DNA of 64,000 bases from contig JAQGDQ010000358.1 of NCBI GenBank assembly GCA_030141605.1, positions 62,001 through 126,000 on the forward strand. Direction: 5' to 3'. Position 1 is the first letter of the stretch; every line of letters starts with the position of its first letter. A program made the translations under genes and the position numbers. Below are positions 1 to 16,759 of this stretch, piece by piece. The notes under the pieces were generated by a model. That model was not told the DNA's origin. It worked only from the letters and a program-made list of their open reading frames with translations, and ran no database searches. Source of the DNA: Tubiluchus corallicola (Eukaryota > Animalia > Priapulida).

Positions 1-728
1 CATACTTTTTTCTCTATTTGAAGTTGCAGACAAAATCTGCTTGTCTTCCTACATGTTTTCAATAAATTCGTTTTTGGGCTTTTTTGATATGAAACAATAT
101 TTAGGATAGTACACCATGATAGGTCATTCAAAATTTCTTTCTACCACTACGCAGCTGATTACAATGGTCCATAGTATACCTACACGGTTACAACACTGGG
201 TAGCCTCTTTCTTGCCATGCAAAAATTGCCCTAGTGGCCTTTGGGGGGGAGGTGAACCATGGTCCCAGAAATGGTAATAAGTTACCATTTGGCAAAGTCC
301 ATTATATAAAACATAATCAAGAGTTGTAACAAAAAATTAAAAGATGCAATTGGAATTTGTCCTCCGAGGTGGTACCGATACTTGAAATTTTCGGCTTGGA
401 CCCAATGATTAATTGCCATTTAACTGCAATGTTTCATCTCGTAGTAATTGGGATTCGCCTTATAAAGTTCATGGATACTTACTTCGTGATGTTATACAAC
501 CACATAGAGTTTTACGGTGGAGCTCGCAGGACAGACTGCCATGGTCCTAAATCAAAGTACAGTCAATTTTAGTCCGTACTTTTGAAATGAACACGCAGCT
601 AGTTGCAGCAACCCAGTAGTTTCACTAGATCGTAGAGTAGTAGTGATATCGTTTTTTGTTAGGTGTCAAGCACGTCTGCAGAAGTCACTCTTGGTCATTC
701 TCCTTCTGTTACACACATGCCTTTCCAG

Positions 729-2211
729 GAGTCAAATGCCATTAACCAACGCTTGTTAATGTGCATCAACGCGTCGGGGGAACTTCACATGGTGCCTGCT
801 TCACTCAACAACCGTTACGTCATCAGGTTTGCCGTTTGCGCTGAAAACGCCACAGAGAAAGACATTCACATTGCCTGGAGGATAATTCAAACCTTTGCTA
901 CTGAAGTAAGTTTTCTCGTTAATTTGAGCTTTAATTAAGGCAAAACAAAAACTCTTTGTAGAGATGCACACCCCCGTCTAGTGTCAGTCTTACTATGATG
1001 ATGCCTTCTGATTACTGACTTTAAAAATTCTAAGTGAAAATTTGATAGAGGGGGCCTTAAAGAAAACAAGGTAGGTAATATAATATCATTAACTGCATCG
1101 GTCATTTCCAATTTTAGTTACTTTACTATGACTTGAACCTCTCCGGTTCCTGTGAAGGTCTTTTCTGCTTGACATGACTAGTTTTTATTGCCTGTCTGCT
1201 CATCGCTGGCATGGCAAAACATCGCAAAAATATATTAACTAGTAAGAATTTAAGTCTTAACACAAAACCTTGATTATTTAATGCGTACGTTGTCTGCGTA
1301 TTTACATAACAGTGACACAATGGGTTAAACGATTGCTTGATTAAGAAAAGCAGATTGATAGAAGTCTCCTAAGAAAAGTTTTAACGAAAAATCTTAACGG
1401 TTGCTCATAATCAAAAATGAAGATTTATACATTAGAACGAAGGAAATTGCTTGGATTTAAAAGTCAAGTTCCGAAGATTAAGACGCTTAGGACACCTTCT
1501 TAGATTACCAAATCAAACATCAGTAAGAATCGTCTTACAGGAAACTTTAAAGCTTTGCAAAAAAAATTGGGCAAAAACCAAAAGCAGCTTGGACGGCTAA
1601 GGTTAATAAACATGTTCAACAGCTGCAACGGAAACTAGCTTTAGGAGCAGAAGAACTTTGTTGTTAATTGCAGATAGGAGTGGACGAAATACTCTAATCA
1701 ATGGTAATGCCTCAATGTCTAAAAAATCGGAAGGAAACATTGACGACGATAACGATGATAATAACGACGATAAAATATGTACTTCGATAAAATAATTTTT
1801 AATTAAACTTTTCAGGTATACCAGCGGTCAAGAAGCAAGGGTAGCGGCAGTTTTGAACTACCAGGTGAACTGAAATTTGCTCAGGAGAACGGACTCAGTT
1901 CTAGCAACGAAGAAGAACTAGAAGAAATTGACGAAGTTGATGAAGTCCAGGACGAAGTATTTTACTTTGAGCCAAATTTTACCCCTCATTCCGAAAGGAC
2001 GCAGGTGCCGAGACGCCGACCAGGACCAACTCGTAACATGTTGGTAAGGATGATATCTGACCCCAAATGTTACCATCCCAAGGTTTGGCGGACGCTTCAC
2101 GAAGGGGTGATCAAAAAGAGACCTATTCTTATGCGGCAGAACACCACATCGTCTGGGACAGATACAATATCTCCATGTACAACGGCTGAGAACAGTTCAC
2201 CTCCAGTGTAA
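729..2211 (+). CDS. Tdc: Group II PLP-dependent aromatic amino acid decarboxylase, tyrosine decarboxylase-like; last two coding exons (5' part lies upstream of the window)
   Basis: Exons 729-905 (ttccag| ESNAINQRLLMCINASGELHMVPASLNNRYVIRFAVCAENATEKDIHIAWRIIQTFATE |gtaag) and 1816-2211 (ttcag|, phase 0, stop TAA). The first matches the C-terminal domain of DDC/TDC/HDC enzymes; the second carries LVRMISDPKCYHPK, resembling the RMVSDPKxYNP tail motif I recall from invertebrate Tdc2. Confidence 0.85.
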
Positions 2212-3069
2212 AATTATACTTGCATCCACAATAAACAAATGCGGCCCTGACACTGAATTTACTTTCACACAAAAATTATTTTGGTCGAGAAATGTACGAA
2301 AAAATTCCTGTATATATTTTATTCCCACGATACTGCAAGTAAAATTATATATTTACGGATAGCGTGATGAACTAACATTCCACTGAATACGTTTTGAAAA
2401 TAGTAATTAGCAACTGTAGCTTTTATGTTTTATGAATTCCGTTTTAGTTAGATCAGTTAAATATATTACAAATAAACAAGAAAAGTTAAATATCTATTCT
2501 TTGAAAAATAGTTCAAGCAAAGGAGACCCAAGGCAGCTCAGAATTATTGTTACTTTGCACCAACTTGTAACAATATTAAAGTACTAATACTGAAGAGAGT
2601 AATCTGACTACTAGACTATTCTGTCTCAGTTAATTAGCGCGAGAAAATAGTTCATGATAGAACAATATACACCGCATCAGTAAAAGCTGGCAGTACATCT
2701 TATTTATTATTATTGTTACATTATTTAAGAATTTTATTTATCGCCCTAATTTTTTAGTATTTAGTATAGTCTCTCGAAACATCGCTAGTTTAAATCTTAA
2801 ATTGTGTTTATTATAAACTGGTTTAGTTAACAGTCGAAAGTGCACAATAAAGTTATAGTATGATGAAAGATTGAAATGTAATTCTGTACTGCTTTATTAT
2901 AATAAGGCTTTATTTGCTTTAGCATATCTTGTACATGAATACAAATATCATAATTGTTCGTATCATACGATGTCATATAATAAACCTGCAATTGTCAAGA
3001 ATTTGAGCATTACTTGCCTCAGAATAAACAATAAATAGTTACAAAAAATATATCCCAAAATTCAATTGC

Positions 3070-6726
<3,657 letters not shown>

Positions 6727-8347
6727 AATTTTTATTATAAGTAACACGCGGTTATAAAAAAATCTTCGCCACAATGTGGTTTATGTGTTGGCACATTACG
6801 CATTCCAATTTAAATTACTTAGTAGTACTTAAATATGACGCGTAAACAAATGACGTACAATAGAGAATGGTCATTTTGGAAAGAACAGCAAATTTACGAT
6901 AGTTCTAAAACCTGGTTTCTTTTGTCTTCCAAAGCGAATTTTCAAATGAAATTTGGCTCGTCGATACTAAAGGCAACTGACGGCTGCAATTAGTAATGCT
7001 AATAATTTTGACCTTTTTGTTAAAACACCTTGATGCTCCAGCGAATGTAAGCGGTCTGAATGCACTAATACTGGTACTTACTTGTTTAATTAACAGCTAG
7101 GCTTATTCGACTAAATGATTAATTAATGTGTACCTGTCTTCGAGAACATTCTTTGATTAATAATTAACTATAATTATGCCGAACGTGACTTATTATCAAG
7201 TTTGTATTTGAATTATTTTTTCTAATCATCTGTTAATACTTCTTACGCACATGATATACAATTGCCGCCTGCCATGCCAAGATATTTTAGCACATCACAT
7301 CTAATTAACTGGAATTTCCTCAAAGTTATTTGCTAGTTGTTGTTGTATAATTAATAATTACTGCGGGCAATGCTCTGAAGAAATGGAATTTCTTTGCACT
7401 GGGTGATTTCACTTGCACAGAAAGAGGGGGTGGCTGAAGGAGTGGAAATGAAAATAAGTAAGGTACTCGAGGATAAAGAAAGAAAGAAATGGGACAGGTG
7501 GGTATAATAGGATGGGAAAATAAATGGACTAGGGGAACAAAGACACGGGAGGGAAGAGGGAAGTTCGTGATATGGGAACATGCATGGGTTCTTGGTGGGT
7601 ATTAGTAGTTGATAGTCCAGCGGTCAGGTAGCCACTCGAATTGTTACAAAAAATTTGGTCGAAAAATCACAGGCCACTGTTAATTTTTGTTTTGATGATA
7701 ATGGCGATCATGATGATGATGACGGTGGTGTGGTCATAACAGTTACAGTATTTGTTTTTGCCGCAGTGGTATGGGTAGTGTTGAAGATGCAAATTGCTTT
7801 TCTTGTTACTGTCGTCGTCATTATTATCATCGCAGCTAAAATCTACGCAGCTAACAAAATACAAGTAGAAATATTGTTATTGTTGTTATTGTTGTCGCCG
7901 TCGTCATCGACGTCGCTGAAAACTGATGATGATATTATCCACCATTCCTTGTTTTGGTCACTGTACATAATGACAAATGGCACGTAATACACTTCTGACA
8001 CTACGAAAGCTTATTTCTTTTATTGAGATGAGTGCACGATGATAAGAGTTACTGTTCTTATCATGATGGATTTTGCTTGGAAACAATGAACTTACTGCTT
8101 GCAGCGTCAGCAGATCATTACTGTTATTACAAGTTACATCATTTCACTCCATACAAGAATTGTAGAACAATAGCTTATGATTGGCTGTTTTTACACGCAA
8201 TGGCTGGAACGAAACTTAGTCATCACATTACAAAAAACAGCACTCTAAGATATCCCACTAAACTGGCAGAGATGTTTTACCCATGTTAAATGTGTATACA
8301 ATACATCGTTCCTCAGTAGGACAGATGTAACCACTCAGAGGCAACTT

Positions 8348-8386
8348 TCCAGGCGGTCTCCCTTCCAGTTACTGACCGGACAAGAC
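8348..8386 (-). repeat. 5S rRNA-derived fragment (SINE3-like or pseudogene remnant)
   Basis: tccaggcggtctcccttccagttactgaccggacaagac aligns without gaps to the recalled reverse complement of animal 5S rRNA (cccaggcggtctcccatccaagtactaaccaggcccgac). The flanks do not continue the match, so this is not a full 5S gene. Confidence 0.55.
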
Positions 8387-11300
8387 GTTCGTCGTTAAGC
8401 AGGCGCTACAATCAAAGTACAAAATGTTAAATTTTGTGGCTGACCGCCTTATATTCAAGTTCAAGGTAATGGCCACATTTTTGGTCGAGGTCTCGACCCA
8501 AATCGTTACTCATTTGAATGTTTTTGTTCTTACTGTGTGCCTGAAGCGCAAGCTAAGCATCATTTTGAAAATTTAGCAGTAGCTAACACGGACATAACAG
8601 ATAATGACAAGATGTGGCAAGATTAGTAGAAAACATCATTGCTAAACATTTTCATGTAAAGAAACAAAAATGCACGAAAGATGACTGCAAATTGTTTTTT
8701 TAATTTTGTAATAATAATAACAACATGAAATTATTAAAGCACAGTATACACGACACAGAAGAAAAATGCAAAAAAACAAAGAAAACATCACCAATAACAT
8801 AGTAACATGAATATTAGACTATAGCAGGTAAGTGTCATCTAGCGTTTTTTGCTATTATGTTATGTTACACTATGTTAGAATTTTCTGTTTTCCTTTGCGT
8901 TTTCTCTTGTTACAAGGCAAAAAAATTAGTTTGTATTGATCCTTCATGCATTTTTGGTGTTCTCTTCATTTCTTTGTTGTTGGATTTTCTACAAATCAGT
9001 GAATGGATTAATTTTCAAAATAATTTTTACCTATCTGTACTATTACTACTAATACATACTATATTAACAGAAATATGAAAATTACCAAAATTTATATTAT
9101 TGAGGATGTCACGTAAGCCTTGCTATCTTCATTGTATTCAATAACTATTAAAAACTTCCATCGGCAGCTTAATCAATAATAATATTAACTTATTTTTATA
9201 AAGAACATTACATTGTAAAGACAGATTCAACACTCTTTGCTCTGTTCAAAATCAGTATTACTAATATTGCTATAAAATAATGTACACAACGGCTGCAAGT
9301 AATAATTTGTAGTAAGCTGTAACTAATCAAGACATTTGTACTACATTTCAACTCCAGATAGTCCAAATTTGCTTAATATGCAGCAATTGTCGTTTTATCT
9401 GTAATAATAAATTACAGCAATGAGTTTTTAGCAAAAAATATGTTTGGTGCAGATAAATTACTAAATTAGGTTACGTGATTTTCGATTATACATGTACTTA
9501 AAAAATAATAACAGCAAAATAACCCTATTTGTATAAAGAGGTTACAACAAAGATAATTAGACGCTTACGTGTGGTCTCCCTGAGTTTTGGCGATTATAAC
9601 TTGCAAAAAACAATACAAATAAATTCACAAATTTCACATCATATCAATTTGAATTGCCTGTCGGATAACTACCTGGTCACATAACTGATGAAAGTTAAAG
9701 GGGCGAAACCAGATTTCACAGATAAGGAAATGTCGATATACCGAACAGTCAGGGTAAAACAATATAAATAAATTGCAGTTATACATAATGACTGATTATT
9801 AGTTGCTAATCCGTTCAGCAGAAGTTTTTTCTAAGATGTCACTGAAAAAACTTCATACTTTTAGCAACGTATACAAAATTGCAAGCTATTTTTGAAAAAT
9901 CCGACAACGTTTCACAAATCACTAATTTAAAAAATGTATACTTTCCAGATTCCCTAGTATTGTTATTTTGGAAATTTGTGAGTTCCAAATAGTTATCCAC
10001 TGTATTCTTTTCAAACCTTTTGAATAATTTTCTTTAATTAAATTTTCCGTTTTAATTTTACATAATTATTTTCCTCAATTCTAAATATTTCAAATACAAG
10101 CCTTTTTGTTCTTACAGCTGCTTGGATAATGATCAAATGCTCTGCATGTAGCGTATTATTTAGAGATAAGTTTCTCATAATGTTAAATTTGTATTTTGAA
10201 TTAGTAGATTAGAATTGTTTATTATTTAGCTATTCCGGAGTTGTTCTGTTTATTTTATTATGACACATAATAACTTGCGGTGCTATCATGTAATTGTAAT
10301 ACCCACTGAATATTAGCGGAAACCTCATTCGACATTACGACCTGAAGTTTGAAAAGTAACATATATTAAATGTGATTGCCACCAGCCAAAGGAGTATCTC
10401 TAGATGCTTGAATGCCAATTCAGTTTGAAACCAAGTACAAAGGATTGTGTTATACGTGCTTTCGTTGTTTTGAGGGTCTGACAGCCTTCCAGTAGAGTCA
10501 GTTTCATTATCTGCCTGTTCAACCAACTTTGTATTTTACTTAACATAAATGAATTCCTTGAACTACAAAACCTATGTCTATACACTGAAATCACCAGCCC
10601 ATCTGCATGAGAAAGTGCAACTGGCTATAGAGTTACATAAAAGGCTGTATTTGCAGTCATCTTAAAATCTCTAACAGGGTGATGCTATAGGAGTTTTTAA
10701 GCATGGGATATGGATTCCTTGACCTTGACAACCTGCATGTGAGACCTGTATTACAGACGTGTCTAATAAAAATTTACTTTCTTGCCTTTTGTGTTATGTG
10801 TCTCTTTTCAAGCAGCCAGCACACTCGTTTCCTAAGAAACCCTATTAGAATACTATTAAGTTGCACTACATTGCAATAATATAAAAATGAGACAGGGTGT
10901 CCATATTAGCCCCGAGTCTCTGTATTTCCCCGTTTTATCGCAACTTCCTCAAGTAATGAGAATAATAGAGGTAATGAGGCAATATTTATAGACAAGAACA
11001 CATGCGTGAAAAGTAGCCTATTCTTTCAATGTCTGACACTGATCTTAATGGACATAACAAGAAACCTTTTAACTGGTAATGCAGTTTTCTAAGCGTAATG
11101 GATTACCTACTTTTAATGTGCAATATAAGTAACACTGCGTGCGTTTCACAAGTCAACTACGTTGTGGACTCTGCGTCAGTCTTTCATTCTTTACATGAAT
11201 TGCTGAAAGACTGAAAAGGTTTGCAGTAGAATAGTGTTGTCAGAAAAATTTAGGAACGGAGTGCTACCAAACCTTACAAAAGAAGGCTAGAGTAACTTTG

Positions 11301-11398
11301 AAGAAACATTGAGAAGAAGACTCTTTATGTACACTGTTCTGCTTATTTGAGTTTCTAAAAGTGATCACTGTGCACTGTTGTTTCATTCTGGTTTCAAT

Positions 11399-12592
11399 AT
11401 GGATCATCTAGAAGCAAACCTGTCAAACTTTGCTGAATTTCAACTGTCTGTACAAGCATTAAATGACAAACAATTGCGTGCGTACCTTACAGTGGTCTAC
11501 TCGATATTCCTGGCTGTGGGAATACTAATAATTCTTGCTAATCTGGTTGTCATTATCGCCATCATTAGTATAAAGAAACCAGGGGCGTCACTCCTCCTCG
11601 TCTCTCAGATAGCCGTGGCGGACGTCTGCGTGGGCACCTCCTGTCTGCTGAAGTTCTTTCTGATCGCCGTTGACGTCGATTTAGATCTGACCGTCTGTTG
11701 CTGGGCAAGTGAAATTCTGTGGATAGCTGGGATTCTTGGGTCGGGATATAATGGACTTCTACTTTCTGTTGATCGCTACGTTAGAATCATATATCCCCAT
11801 TCTTCGGGTTTGAAACCTCAGACAGCCTTCAAGGCAGCTATAGTCATTTTTAGCTTGGCTTTCTTTCTTAATTCTCTGCCTTTACTAACAAACTGGACAA
11901 GCGCCCGCCATTACAACATCACACAATATCAGCTGTTTAAACAATGGCTTTGCATTATCGGGCCGTTTGATCATAAATATGGAATGATCTTGGGTTGTTT
12001 GTTTGGAGTGCCTATAATCATTGTAACCATTCTTTACCTCAAAATATATAAAGCAGTTAAAAGAAGCCAAGAGCTGAAAGCTAGGCTGTCCAATAGAAGT
12101 TCAATGGGCTCCAATCGCAGAGCACTAGTAACAATCATTCTTGTGGTTGGTTCTTTCGTCATCTTATGGCTGCCACAGCTGGGATACGTCTTTTCAGTTG
12201 TACTGCCAGGCATTGGCACAGGCTTAACGATGCTCTTTTATTATCACCAACCTATCTTCTTTTTGTTTACTGCTTTTAACTCGTTAGTAAATCCGATAAT
12301 ATATTTACTCAGAATCCCAACCATCGCCACAAGGGTCAAATTCATCTTTTGTTTCAAGAAGCCAGTTGTTGACGTCACTAGAACACACGACACTGACCCC
12401 CGCAACAGACATAGGAGAAATATTAAAAAGGATGCAAATCATGGTAAAGAGACAAAAAATGGAAACCGAAGTGAAAATACCTCCAATCCTGTTTCTTTGG
12501 CAGCTGGAGGTTCAGCTGCTCCACCACCACCAGTTGAATCTGTTGCTGTTTGCGCCCGTGTAGCAGCCAAACTTCCGCATCAATTTTATTGA
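11399..12592 (+). CDS. Class A (rhodopsin-like) 7TM GPCR, orphan, intronless CDS
   Basis: Single ORF from ATG 11399 (MDHLEAN...). Seven hydrophobic segments; TM1 ANLVV, TM2 IAVAD, DRY at the end of TM3, TM6 FVILWLP, TM7 NSLVNPIIY. Confidence 0.92.
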   Translation: MDHLEANLSNFAEFQLSVQALNDKQLRAYLTVVYSIFLAVGILIILANLVVIIAIISIKKPGASLLLVSQIAVADVCVGTSCLLKFFLIAVDVDLDLTVCCWASEILWIAGILGSGYNGLLLSVDRYVRIIYPHSSGLKPQTAFKAAIVIFSLAFFLNSLPLLTNWTSARHYNITQYQLFKQWLCIIGPFDHKYGMILGCLFGVPIIIVTILYLKIYKAVKRSQELKARLSNRSSMGSNRRALVTIILVVGSFVILWLPQLGYVFSVVLPGIGTGLTMLFYYHQPIFFLFTAFNSLVNPIIYLLRIPTIATRVKFIFCFKKPVVDVTRTHDTDPRNRHRRNIKKDANHGKETKNGNRSENTSNPVSLAAGGSAAPPPPVESVAVCARVAAKLPHQFY

Positions 12593-13780
12593 CAAAATTT
12601 TGAAAAAATATTTTTTAGTTATCCAATAGCTTGTTAATCTTATGAAATGAACTGCTTAGATTAACAAATATCTGATGTCATCGCATTACAAAACTGTGTA
12701 TTCAATTCCTCACAAACTAGAATGTTAGGGACAAGAATAGACCTAGTTAAAGCAGTCTCAGAAAATTTTCCCAAAAGAATTATAACGGTTAGAGGCAATC
12801 TTAAGCGTTTATCATACTTATGTTAAAAGAATTTCCTGTTTGTTTCATTTTAAATATTCCCCCGAGTCTGTCACGGCGGCGACATATTAGATGGCGTCAC
12901 AGAACCACAGCACAAATCTTTATAGTACACGTACTCAGAACTCACTGCGGCTGTGTTCGAGTGATGTCATACCACGTGATCAGTCACATGCTGGCTTTTC
13001 AATTGGCGGACTAAATGAAACATGTTTGCGCCAACGTTTACTGCAGCCGTTGAAATATTTTACAAAAATTGGAATAAATGCGAAAATGTGAGTACTTTAT
13101 TCGCTTAAGATTATACTTAGGTGATATAATTTTTTATTGCAAATTTTCTGAGGCTTGCTTTGGTTGGCCATTTTCTTGTCCTTTAAGCATTGGGTTACTT
13201 GCACGCACGCACTCACACTCGTATTTTGGTACAAGCTTGCATTTGTTTAATTTAATTTAATTTGTTGGGTTAACAATCAACAAGCACGAATACATTACAA
13301 TTATTGTGCATTACATATTGCTATATGCACGTAGCTCGTATGGTGTGTTTCATATGAAGAGTTTGTGTCGGTTCCTTTAACTTATTCAACTAGAATATGA
13401 TTTACCGTTGCCATGAATCCGCTTTTCGGATTTTAAAATACGCATTGTTTGCCTCACAATAATAAATGACAGAGTATTTTGTTACATGAACAACATCGAG
13501 AACGAGACTGGCATCACGGCGAAATAGACCTGTTTGTAGAGTGTTACTTCGTAAGCGAGTAACCCAAAAATAGTACTTGCAATAGCTAATCCGCAATAAA
13601 AATTGTTCAAAAACGTTTTATTAAATTAAATGTAACTTGTTGTAAACCTTAAAGCTATGTATCAAGGCTTTCCTGTAACGCTGCAAAAAATTTTGAACAA
13701 GTTTTAGAATTATAAATTCATTATCAGATAAATAATTCTTAAGCTTCTTTGCATGATTTGCATATTAAATGAAATCTAGC

Positions 13781-13803
13781 AAACCAAACCAAACCAAACC
13801 AAA
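13781..13803. repeat. (AAACC)n short tandem repeat
   Basis: aaaccaaaccaaaccaaaccaaa. Confidence 0.7.
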
Positions 13804-14095
13804 GCTTTACAACAGTGCTATTGATTACAATGTTCATTTCTTAGTTTCTGATGGTGTCTTACGAATGGCGAAGCGTCATGCAAGAATTAAACAAAATCAG
13901 GTTAGTAATAAAAACTCGTGATTAAAAATGACTTGGCTAGTTTTCTAAATGGCATCTTCGTCAGATACTAAAAATGTCCATAAATATGGCAATTTACTTG
14001 TACAAGGCGACGGCATGATAATACCATTGCGTTTGTAATCTAGACATTTAACAGAATTAAAATCACTATTATTCTCAAACTAGGTATTTTGAATG

Positions 14096-15151
14096 CTATG
14101 ATACAAGCCACTTTCGAATGATTTCATTGTTCTCAGCAATGATAAAATCTGATTTAGTTAAGTTACTGAGATTATCTGGCCAGCACACAAATCCTTCGTG
14201 TCCCCATCTGAGCAAGTGGTTTTTCTGAGCTAGAATACCGGTTACGTACACGTCTTCCATATTTAGTAGCTTTGTTGTCAAAGACGACCTATACAGCTTT
14301 GCTGGCACACCATTCGTCATAACCTGCCCCAATCCTGTAACGTACGGCGGAAAATGATCACCACTGAAAACTTTACGGGATACGTAATATTTATTGCTTT
14401 TTGGTCCACGAATGGGATACGTGGTAAACGGTATAAAACATCCAAAAACACCCTCACTTGTAGAATTTACTTTTTTCACATAGTGAAGCAAATTTGTTAG
14501 ATTTAATATAACATCATCGTCAGTTTTCATCGCGAAACAAGTATGACTGCAAGTAGACGAGGCAAGATGTAAACCTAGAATGGACTTAATGGACAAATTC
14601 TTATAGGTATCTATAAAATTTGCCCTCACAAGATCTCCAAACAGCTCTTGCTCTTCGTCAATGACCAGATCAACATCAGTTGACTGAGACGGCAAAGGTT
14701 TAGCAACTATGAACACAACAGAGACGCCACTAACATTCTTATACGACCAAGTATCTCTGATGGCCTTTCTTGCCCAGAACCTATCAGCTGAGGATAAAAC
14801 ATAAATAAATAGAAATACATTTTTGACACACAAGGACGAGGAATGTTCGTAGAAATACTTTTTGCCATCGGCGAAGAATTCACACTTTGTTGTTTTCACA
14901 TTTATGCGAATGCAATCCTTTGTATGACCATTTTCTTTCTTTATAAGCTGTTCATTGAAAAGTATCGCCGAACAGTTAGAGCACTGCTTTGTTTTTTCGT
15001 ATAACAGCGTTGTTCTTTTTTGTTCTTCAGAACCTTTAGGCAAAACCGTAACCCTAGGATAATGATTTGTGGTCACAAAAACCATGGTCACTAATGATAC
15101 ACAAGTAGCTGCAGCTATGAAACCTCGACGCAAATCTTCACTAGAGAACAT
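14096..15151 (-). CDS. Beta-1,3-galactosyltransferase family (GT31) type II membrane glycosyltransferase, single coding exon
   Basis: 351-aa ORF with an N-terminal TM anchor and GT31 motifs RKAIRDTW, EQELFGDLVRANFIDTYKNLSIKS, MKTDDDV (DxD), PPYVTGLG and EDVYVTG. A splice acceptor near 15176 suggests an upstream UTR exon. Confidence 0.92.
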   Translation of the reverse strand: MFSSEDLRRGFIAAATCVSLVTMVFVTTNHYPRVTVLPKGSEEQKRTTLLYEKTKQCSNCSAILFNEQLIKKENGHTKDCIRINVKTTKCEFFADGKKYFYEHSSSLCVKNVFLFIYVLSSADRFWARKAIRDTWSYKNVSGVSVVFIVAKPLPSQSTDVDLVIDEEQELFGDLVRANFIDTYKNLSIKSILGLHLASSTCSHTCFAMKTDDDVILNLTNLLHYVKKVNSTSEGVFGCFIPFTTYPIRGPKSNKYYVSRKVFSGDHFPPYVTGLGQVMTNGVPAKLYRSSLTTKLLNMEDVYVTGILAQKNHLLRWGHEGFVCWPDNLSNLTKSDFIIAENNEIIRKWLVS

Positions 15152-16759
15152 TTAAATGTTTTATTGGATAATGTCCTGCAAAAGAGTTTACTAGTTTAGA
15201 ATGAGTTTAAATGACGATAACCATACATGACAACAAGGAATACAACAATTACAACGACAAAACCAACGAACAACGACGTCGTCATCATGATTATATTCTT
15301 CTTCCTCTTCTGCTGCCGTCACTGCCAGCACAACTTTTAAAAATGCTGCACAATTTAATTTTACTTATGTTTTTTGTGAAAGAATTTATTATACGTTATA
15401 ACCGTAAAAGAAGTCAAAATGCCCTACTGAAAGAAAAAATATTTTTGAGTCTTAAAGGGCATTTTGAGGGTTACGACCATGGCGAGTCTCAGAAGAGCAC
15501 TATCTTATTTTCCAGTTTATTAAAGATGTTACACATACAAACTTTTTGCTATTGAAGCTTATCAACAAGATGAGCTCTTCACATTCTCAATGTAGGTCTG
15601 TGCAAAACATTATTATTAATATAGCATAAAAATCATTCAATAAAAAGCACATAAACCTCACACAGCTGCCAAACCACTGGCCAATTTTCAAACTATTCTG
15701 AAGTACTTTCGGGATCTGTCATGCAAATCATCATAGCAGACCATGCATGCGGTGCTAATCCTTTCTTTTCTCTTGCCCTGCTACGGTCATTAACCTGGTC
15801 TTATTATCAGCTTGAGGTATTACTTTCTTGATTTCAGTCAAAGGAAAATAAAAGCGAGAATGACGTTGCCTGCGGAGTGTAGTCCAACGTGTGTTGATCT
15901 ATAAATATTTGGGCTGCATTTTCCAGTTATAATTCACAACACTATAACCATTAGCATCCTTTCTTTCGAACACACATGCAAGTATGAATTTGAATGAATT
16001 TTATTTACGCTTTTAGCAAAGTAATAATGCACAAAAAATAGTTAAAAGTGCCGGAGCAACCAGCGTTAACAAAGCACAAAAAATCCAATGCACAAAATCG
16101 TAATTGCACCAACTTTACGAGTCGCTAGCTACTTAAAGAGACCCACAGGTTAGTTTAATAAAAGTGTTGATCATCTAAATTCCAAAACTTTATAAATTTA
16201 CAACCGATCAGCAGAAAAAGACACTTTAACAATAATTTATAATTTACGTGTACACTTTACGATGATATCTTGGCCTTAATATGCAGTGACTTGTAAGCCT
16301 AAATGGCTGGGTTTGCGTCTACGTTTTTGTCGTGCATAGAACGGTGAAAACGTTTGTAAATGTAAAGTATGATTTAACGTAAACATGTCACTTTAATAAA
16401 TATTTTCTCATTCGAAATCAACTATACATATAAATCATATAAATTATTAGTCACTGTTGTAAAATAAATATTTACCCCAGCACGTTTGTTCGAATTTTTG
16501 CATTGTTGCATACAGTCGTGATTAAAGTGTTGCACACTTGTAATGATTAAATTTTCTGAATTTGTTTATAAAACTATGGCTCAGTTTTATTTGGAACTAT
16601 GGTTTGTTAAAGAACGCAAGTGCCAGATATACTACCTGGTGTAAGGTAACTTATTGATCTTTTACGTATCAAAAAATTTAGACTTTACATAGCAGCATTT
16701 TTCTTCCTGGTAGCACAAAATATTTACCGTAGAAACCTAGAAAAAATATAGCTTATATA

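Noticed and set aside
7655-7987. 110-aa hydrophobic ORF resembling a membrane protein
   Set aside because: Built from degenerate GAT/GTT/GTC triplet low-complexity sequence, with a TTG start and no family motif.
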